From assembly GCA_016195965.1 (NCBI GenBank), contig JACPYR010000027.1, positions 513 through 64,512 on the forward strand: a DNA stretch of 64,000 bases, read 5' to 3'. The position numbers were made by a program, and so were the translations under genes. A model generated the notes under the pieces. That model was given only the letters and a program-made list of their open reading frames with translations, was not told the origin of the DNA and did no database searches. Shown here in pieces: positions 58,547-64,000 of this stretch. The DNA is from Nitrosomonadales bacterium. Lineage in GTDB: Bacteria; Pseudomonadota; Gammaproteobacteria; Burkholderiales; Gallionellaceae. The first letter of the stretch is position 1, and each line of letters opens with the position of its first letter.

Positions 58547-59794
58547 TCAGTATGTTGACGACAGAAACACCAGCCAGCCGAACGTGGAAGCATCCTGGAC
58601 GCTGAGATCGCCGAGAATCTGCGACTGGCCTTTGCCATAATTGACACTGCCGCCCAGCGTGACCGATGAGTTTCCAGAGAATTTGGAAACGCTCAGGCTT
58701 GCGCCATACAGGTTGATTTTCTCTTCGTAGTTGGTAACCCCTGCCTGGATATCGGGCGTGTTCGCGTTGTTGGTGAACAGCCCTGCCCGAATAGCCCATT
58801 TTTTCGACAGATAATATTCCATGCCCAGTGCGGCATTGAGGGTCGCTACCTTATCGCCATAAATGGGGTCTTTGACTGCCATGTGATAAGTCAGGTCTCC
58901 GGAAACCAGCAGGTTTTTGTCCGCAAAGTAGGCAGCACCCAGCGCTGCGCGGATTGGATATTGCCTCTTGTAGTCAGAAGGTTGAAGCGCAGGGACTTGG
59001 ATCGGAGTAGCGGGCGCGATAGTTCCGCAACCGCCGGCAAGAGTGTCCCAGCAAGTCGATTGGGCCATTGCGTCCGAGCTCAGCACATAGGTTCGGGACA
59101 AGGAAAGGCCGAGTGACATTTTTTCGGCAGGTGACCATTCAAATCCAAGAACAGGCCGTACGCCAGTTTCGCTAAACTTGAAATAGTAGTTTTTCCATAA
59201 CGGTGTTGCCGGATTGGTTCTTTCCACAAATTGATTGATGATCAGTTGTACGTCTCGCTTGTGCGCATACAGGGTGAGGCCGGCGGACAGGTCTTTATTG
59301 ATTTCTGCCGCGAACGATGGGCCGAAGTTAATCGTCGTGTCCCTGTTGTTCAAATTAATGGTAAAGCGCGAGGTGGAAGCGGAGACATTGGTAAAGTTCT
59401 GGTTCTGATCTTCGCTGACGGCGTCCGGCACGGCATACGAGAAACCGATTTTGAATTTTCCGACAGGTTTGACGATACCAAAATAATTCGCCAGCAGCGC
59501 GGAAGATGTACGCTCAAACGGGTGTCCCCCTATGACGTTTTCATATTTCTTGACTTGTGAATAGTAGGCGTTGACGCTCGCGGAAAAGTTTCTGTCGCCC
59601 ACATACACGATACCCGCCGGATTGTAGTACATGCCGGTGGCGTCATCGGAAATCGCGGTGTAAGCGCCGCCCATGCCGGAAGCACGGTCCCCGATCAGCA
59701 GGTTGTTGTAATGGAATTCATCGGCCGCTACGAATTTGCACAGGCATATCGATAAGGCCGACGATAAAACGATAACTCGCATCCCCTGATTCAT
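58547..59794 (-). CDS. FadL/OmpP1-like outer-membrane beta-barrel
   Basis: Signal peptide, IGDRASGMGGAYTAISDDATGMYYNPAG hatch motif, C-terminal aromatic residue. Confidence 0.8.
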   Translation of the reverse strand: MNQGMRVIVLSSALSICLCKFVAADEFHYNNLLIGDRASGMGGAYTAISDDATGMYYNPAGIVYVGDRNFSASVNAYYSQVKKYENVIGGHPFERTSSALLANYFGIVKPVGKFKIGFSYAVPDAVSEDQNQNFTNVSASTSRFTINLNNRDTTINFGPSFAAEINKDLSAGLTLYAHKRDVQLIINQFVERTNPATPLWKNYYFKFSETGVRPVLGFEWSPAEKMSLGLSLSRTYVLSSDAMAQSTCWDTLAGGCGTIAPATPIQVPALQPSDYKRQYPIRAALGAAYFADKNLLVSGDLTYHMAVKDPIYGDKVATLNAALGMEYYLSKKWAIRAGLFTNNANTPDIQAGVTNYEEKINLYGASLSVSKFSGNSSVTLGGSVNYGKGQSQILGDLSVQDASTFGWLVFLSSTY

Positions 59795-59857
59795 TTCAAC
59801 TCCCGATAATAATTTAATTATTGTGCAGTACTGTTGTTCCGAACTGAATATGCCAAA

Positions 59858-60727
59858 TTAGAATGCTACGCCCAGGCGCATGTTCAACCCAAAATTCCGG
59901 GTGTCGCTCTCGGGTTCATGAATGATACAGGGTGGAGGATTAGGGGAGCAGCCTTGAGACGTTGCGACATTCGGGCTGCGCCCCAGACTCCAGTATTCGA
60001 TATAGGGCTCCAGGATCAGCGCGGTATTATTATCAAGCGCCCAGTGTGACGTCATTAACAGCCGCAAGCCGTTGCCGCCGGACGGGTACACACGGGCGTT
60101 GTAATAATCGACATCCATGAGCGGGGTGATCGGCCTGATCCAACCGAGATCGAATGCCAAACTAGAAGTGTCCTGCTGATAGGCGAGAAGCTTGGCTCCC
60201 AGCCACATATAGGCCCAGCGATAGGACTCGAGCAGTCCGCTCACATTGCCGACCGGCAATATATTCCTGTCCCAACCGTGATAGCCAATTCCTGCATAGG
60301 GCATGACCGGGTAAGCGGTATCAAGCCAGTACCCCAGGCGTAGCGCGACATCGCCGATCGATTCGTTCGTGGTGGTGGCGGCGGGAGCGCCCAGCGTGCT
60401 TTGCCCCGTGTAATTCACGCTGCCGTAATGGTAGCTGGCTACGCCCTCTGTCTCAAGTCCGGATCGCCTGTGCGTGAATCTGAACGACAATCCCGGAACC
60501 GTTCCCAACTCTTGGTCCATCAGCGTGCCGCCATCGCCGTATTCCGCATAATTGAAGCGCAGCACAGATATGCCTATTTCTGCAGAAGTTGAATCGGGCG
60601 GCAAGGATGGTGCACCGCCGTAAACAGGCGTGATCAGCAGCGCAAAAAGAAGTGCGCCCCAAACGCTCTGGTGCGGAAGATCAAACTTCCAGCGGCAGTT
60701 CAAGTTGATACACGGTCCAATTTTCAA
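59858..60727 (-). CDS. Outer-membrane beta-barrel protein of unknown function
   Basis: Hydrophobic signal, Y.E......D.E.G, YTGQ, EPESDT, C-terminal LGVAF beta-signal; start codon uncertain. Confidence 0.7.
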   Translation of the reverse strand: MKIGPCINLNCRWKFDLPHQSVWGALLFALLITPVYGGAPSLPPDSTSAEIGISVLRFNYAEYGDGGTLMDQELGTVPGLSFRFTHRRSGLETEGVASYHYGSVNYTGQSTLGAPAATTTNESIGDVALRLGYWLDTAYPVMPYAGIGYHGWDRNILPVGNVSGLLESYRWAYMWLGAKLLAYQQDTSSLAFDLGWIRPITPLMDVDYYNARVYPSGGNGLRLLMTSHWALDNNTALILEPYIEYWSLGRSPNVATSQGCSPNPPPCIIHEPESDTRNFGLNMRLGVAF

Positions 60728-60844
60728 GACACTCTCCCCAAGTGTTTAAAACGGCTATTTCCGGCAGCAACCTAAAACCCAGAGAATCAGTTTATCCTTA
60801 CCGAGTTGGAAAAAGCAAGCAATGAGGCACCGCAGTATGGAGCC

Positions 60845-61687
60845 TCATTGCTTGGCATCATCGGGTTTGCGATGCTCGACCAGCATTGCGTACAACCTGC
60901 GGCTGTCCGCGCGCAGCACGGTAAAAGTGAGTTCGCCGACGAGGATGTGATCGCCGCGTTTGGGCAATTGGCCGGCGGCTTTAAGCACCAGGCCACCTAC
61001 CGTATCGCATTCTTCGTCGCTGAATTCCGTGCCGAGCGCGGCATTGAAATCGGCGATCTCGGTATCGGCCTTGACGCGATAACGTCCCGCCGCCTCAGCG
61101 ATGATATTGTCTTCGTCCTCATCGAAATCGTATTCATCCTCGATATCGCCGACGATTTGTTCCAGCACATCCTCTATGGTCACCATGCCTGATACGCCGC
61201 CGTATTCGTCGACCACCAGCGCGATGTGGTTGCGGTTGCTGCGAAAATCGCGCAACAGCACATTGAGGCGCTTGGATTCGGGCACGAACACCGCAGGACG
61301 CAACATGTCGCGCACATCGAATTCCTCGCCCGCGTAGTAGCGCAGCAAGTCTTTTGCCAGCAGGATGCCGATGATGTTGTCCTTGTCGCCGTCCACCACC
61401 GGAAAACGCGAGTGCGCGGTCTCGATGACAAAGGGGATGAATTTTTCGGGTTGCTCGCTGATGTCGATGACATCCATTTGCGCGCGCGGGATCATGATTT
61501 CACGCACTTGCCGTTCGGAGACCTGCATCACGCCTTCCATCATGGACAGCGCGTCGGCATCCAGCAGGTTGCGCTCATAAGCGGAGTGCAGCAATGCAAT
61601 CAGCTGCTCGCGGTCTTCCGGCTCGCGCAGCAGCATCGTGGAAAGACGCTCTAACAGGCTGGGCTTGTTGTTTCCGGCAGAGTCCAT
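60845..61687 (-). CDS. corC: CorC/YbeX CBS-domain protein
   Basis: IMIPRAQM, AHSRFPV, FVPESKRL, VVDEYGG.SG.VTIEDVLEQIVGDIEDE. Confidence 0.95.
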   Translation of the reverse strand: MDSAGNNKPSLLERLSTMLLREPEDREQLIALLHSAYERNLLDADALSMMEGVMQVSERQVREIMIPRAQMDVIDISEQPEKFIPFVIETAHSRFPVVDGDKDNIIGILLAKDLLRYYAGEEFDVRDMLRPAVFVPESKRLNVLLRDFRSNRNHIALVVDEYGGVSGMVTIEDVLEQIVGDIEDEYDFDEDEDNIIAEAAGRYRVKADTEIADFNAALGTEFSDEECDTVGGLVLKAAGQLPKRGDHILVGELTFTVLRADSRRLYAMLVEHRKPDDAKQ

Positions 61688-61697
61688 TGCGTTGTTG

Positions 61698-62162
61698 TCA
61701 TGTTTGATAAGGATCAGGGAAACGCAATTTTAGCATTAGAGCGGTTTCCAGTGCTTCCATCTCGGCGGCTTCGGTGTCATCGTCATGTTCATAGCCTTGT
61801 AAATGCAGCGCGGCATGCAAAGTGAGATGCGCGTAATGCGCCCGCAACTCCTTATGTTGCTCGCGCGCTTCGCGCTCCACGACCGGCGCGCAGATCACCA
61901 CGTCGCCCGACAACGGGATGGCATCGTCATATACAAAGGTCAGCACATTGGTCGCGTAATCCTTGCCACGGAAATTTCTATTCAGTTCGCGACCTTCCGC
62001 TACATCCACGACGCGCAGCGTGAGGCTCACATCGCGCTGCAGCGCTTGCGAAATCCAGCGGCGAAATTGAGCGCGGCTCGGTATATGCTGCGCCTCGCTG
62101 GCGTATTGCACCGCCAGGGAAAGTTTGGGTGGGGCATGCTTAAGCGGGTTTGTTCTGTTCAT
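61698..62162 (-). CDS. ybeY: rRNA maturation RNase YbeY
   Basis: LN..FRGKDYATNVLTF, HAALHLQGYEH (HxxxHxxGxxH); start uncertain. Confidence 0.95.
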   Translation of the reverse strand: MNRTNPLKHAPPKLSLAVQYASEAQHIPSRAQFRRWISQALQRDVSLTLRVVDVAEGRELNRNFRGKDYATNVLTFVYDDAIPLSGDVVICAPVVEREAREQHKELRAHYAHLTLHAALHLQGYEHDDDTEAAEMEALETALMLKLRFPDPYQT

Positions 62163-63105
62163 AGCGTTCGTAGGCCGTGACAATTTTTTGCACCAGCGGA
62201 TGGCGTACCACGTCTTCGGCCAGGAAATCGCTGAACACGATGCCGCGCACATCCCTCAACACGTTGCGTGCCTCGATCAGCCCGCTACGCTGGCCGCGCG
62301 CCAGATCGATCTGCGTGACATCGCCGGTGATCACCGCTTTGCTGCCAAAACCGATGCGGGTCAGGAACATCTTCATCTGTTCCGGCGTGGTGTTCTGCGC
62401 CTCGTCGAGGATGATGAAGGAGTGGTTCAGCGTGCGGCCGCGCATGTAGGCCAACGGGGCAATCTCGATCACGTTGCGCTCGAATGCCCGGACGACCTTT
62501 TCGGCGCCCATCAAGTCATACAGCGCATCATACAGTGGGCGCAAATAAGGATCGACCTTCTGCGCCAGGTCGCCGGGCAAAAACCCCAGCTTTTCGCCGG
62601 CCTCCACCGCCGGGCGCACCAATACCAGACGGCGCACGGCCTCGCGTTGCAACGCATCGACGGCACAAGCCACCGCAAGATAAGTCTTGCCGGTCCCGGC
62701 AGGCCCGACGCCAAAGGTGATGTCATGTTCCTGTATCGCCTGGATATAGCTGTTCTGGCGCGGTGTGCGACCGCGTATCTCGGCTTTGCGTGTCATCAAC
62801 AAGGGCGTGGAATCGCTTGATGGCTGAGGCTCGTCGCGCCATTTCATCGCCTCGATCAAGCCTAGCTGCAAGCGTTCCAGCGTAATGTCGTGTGCGGCTT
62901 CGAGGTAGAAATCCTGCAATACCTGGCGAGCCAGTTTCGCCTGGACACCTTGCACGCTGAAATGTTCGCCGCGCCGCGCAATGCTGACTTCCAGCGCCGT
63001 TTCGATTTGCCGCAGGTTTTCATCGAAGGCTCCGCACAGGTGGGCGAGCCGCTTGTTGTCTACCGGCTCGAACGCGAATTGCACAGTTTGTGAGGACTGT
63101 TTCAA
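62140..63105 (-). CDS. phoH: PhoH-like ATPase (YbeZ)
   Basis: GPAGTGKTYLA, RPAVEAGE.LGFLPG, YMRGRTL, DEAQN. Confidence 0.96.
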   Translation of the reverse strand: MKQSSQTVQFAFEPVDNKRLAHLCGAFDENLRQIETALEVSIARRGEHFSVQGVQAKLARQVLQDFYLEAAHDITLERLQLGLIEAMKWRDEPQPSSDSTPLLMTRKAEIRGRTPRQNSYIQAIQEHDITFGVGPAGTGKTYLAVACAVDALQREAVRRLVLVRPAVEAGEKLGFLPGDLAQKVDPYLRPLYDALYDLMGAEKVVRAFERNVIEIAPLAYMRGRTLNHSFIILDEAQNTTPEQMKMFLTRIGFGSKAVITGDVTQIDLARGQRSGLIEARNVLRDVRGIVFSDFLAEDVVRHPLVQKIVTAYERYEQNKPA

Positions 63106-63114
63106 AAGAATGGA

Positions 63115-64000
63115 TTAAGGATGTTTGGATACCAGCTCGCCGCGCAAGGTGTGGCGCACGACCTGGGTGATTTTCACGTTGACGAATTGGCCTATCAGAT
63201 CTGCGGTGCCGCTGAAATTCACCACGCGATTGTTATCGGTGCGCGCAGCCAGTTCTTGCCTGTCCTTTTTTGACACGCCCTCGATCAATGCCCGCTGTAC
63301 CGTGCCCAGCATCGCCTCAGCCACATCATTTTCCTGTTCCGTGATGCGATCCTGCAAACGCTTCAGGCGCGCAGCTTTCACATCGTGCGGCGTATCGTCG
63401 TGCAGTTCGGCGGCTGGGGTGCCTGGGCGCGGGCTGTACAGATAACTGAAGCTGTTATCGAAGCCGATATCGTCGATCAGCTTCATCGTCGCCTCGAAAT
63501 CCTGCGCGGTCTCACCGGGGAAGCCGACGATGAAATCCGAGGTAATGCAAATTCCGGGACGTGCGGCGCGCACCCGGCGAATGATGGATTTGTATTCCAG
63601 CACGGTATGGCCGCGCTTCATCGCTGCGAGGATGCGGTCCGAACCGGATTGCACCGGCAGGTGCAGATGGCTGACCAGCTTGGGCGTGGTCGCATACACA
63701 TCGATCAGACGCTGGGTCATTTCCTTGGGGTGCGAGGTCGTATAGCGGATGCGTTCCACGCCGGCCAATGCGGCGATGGTTTCAAGCAGAAAGGCGAAAT
63801 CCACGGTGTCGCCCTCTTCGATCGCGCCGCGGTAGGCGTTCACGTTCTGGCCGAGCAGCGTGATTTCCTTTACGCCCTGCGCAACCAGTTCGCGCACATC
63901 GTGCAGCACATCGGCTAATGGGCGGGATACTTCCTCGCCGCGCGTGTAAGGCACGACGCAAAACGTGCAGTACTTGCTGCAACCTTCCATGATGGACACG
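63115..64000 (-). CDS. miaB: tRNA methylthiotransferase MiaB (3' part; start beyond window)
   Basis: [13 protein letters not shown] radical-SAM motif, [13 protein letters not shown] domain; miaB-phoH-ybeY-corC synteny. Confidence 0.96.
   Translation of the reverse strand, partial: VSIMEGCSKYCTFCVVPYTRGEEVSRPLADVLHDVRELVAQGVKEITLLGQNVNAYRGAIEEGDTVDFAFLLETIAALAGVERIRYTTSHPKEMTQRLIDVYATTPKLVSHLHLPVQSGSDRILAAMKRGHTVLEYKSIIRRVRAARPGICITSDFIVGFPGETAQDFEATMKLIDDIGFDNSFSYLYSPRPGTPAAELHDDTPHDVKAARLKRLQDRITEQENDVAEAMLGTVQRALIEGVSKKDRQELAARTDNNRVVNFSGTADLIGQFVNVKITQVVRHTLRGELVSKHP

Overview
A 64-kb chromosomal window from a betaproteobacterium. Protein style and gene order suggest Nitrosomonadales/Gallionellaceae (inference). 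In order it holds: the end of a surface-polysaccharide cluster (GT11, FkbM methyltransferase, DUF6492-like protein, GT4); apaH; a tandem glycine riboswitch driving gcvTHP; dgkA; an AT-rich orphan; a HigBA-type TA pair; a coupled gtrA/GT-C/BNR-sialidase-like operon; GT9; PfkB and fructosamine kinases; a four-lipoprotein LPP20/LpoB-like/COG3014 operon; purE-purC-carbonic anhydrase; fbp; a type IV minor pilin/PilY1 operon; tkt-gap-pgk-pyk-fba; def-fmt-rsmB-DUF4390-ntrYX-like; lysM-dprA-smg-topA; a CHASE2-adenylate cyclase/SH3/M48 peptidase module next to two beta-barrel genes; and miaB-phoH-ybeY-corC. The most notable observations are: (i) short inverted arrays of 7-mer and 9-mer tandem repeats, with the 7-mer arrays filling the gcv spacers and one sitting inside the riboswitch P2 stem; (ii) an in-frame TAG at codon 34 of gcvT; (iii) a Bacteroidota-looking gcvP; (iv) the uncharacterised CHASE2-cyclase/SH3/M48 triad; and (v) a roughly 250-aa compositionally distinct repeat insert in PilY1. 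No rRNA, tRNA, CRISPR array, transposase or integrase was seen. Family calls come from motif recognition by eye; no database search was run.
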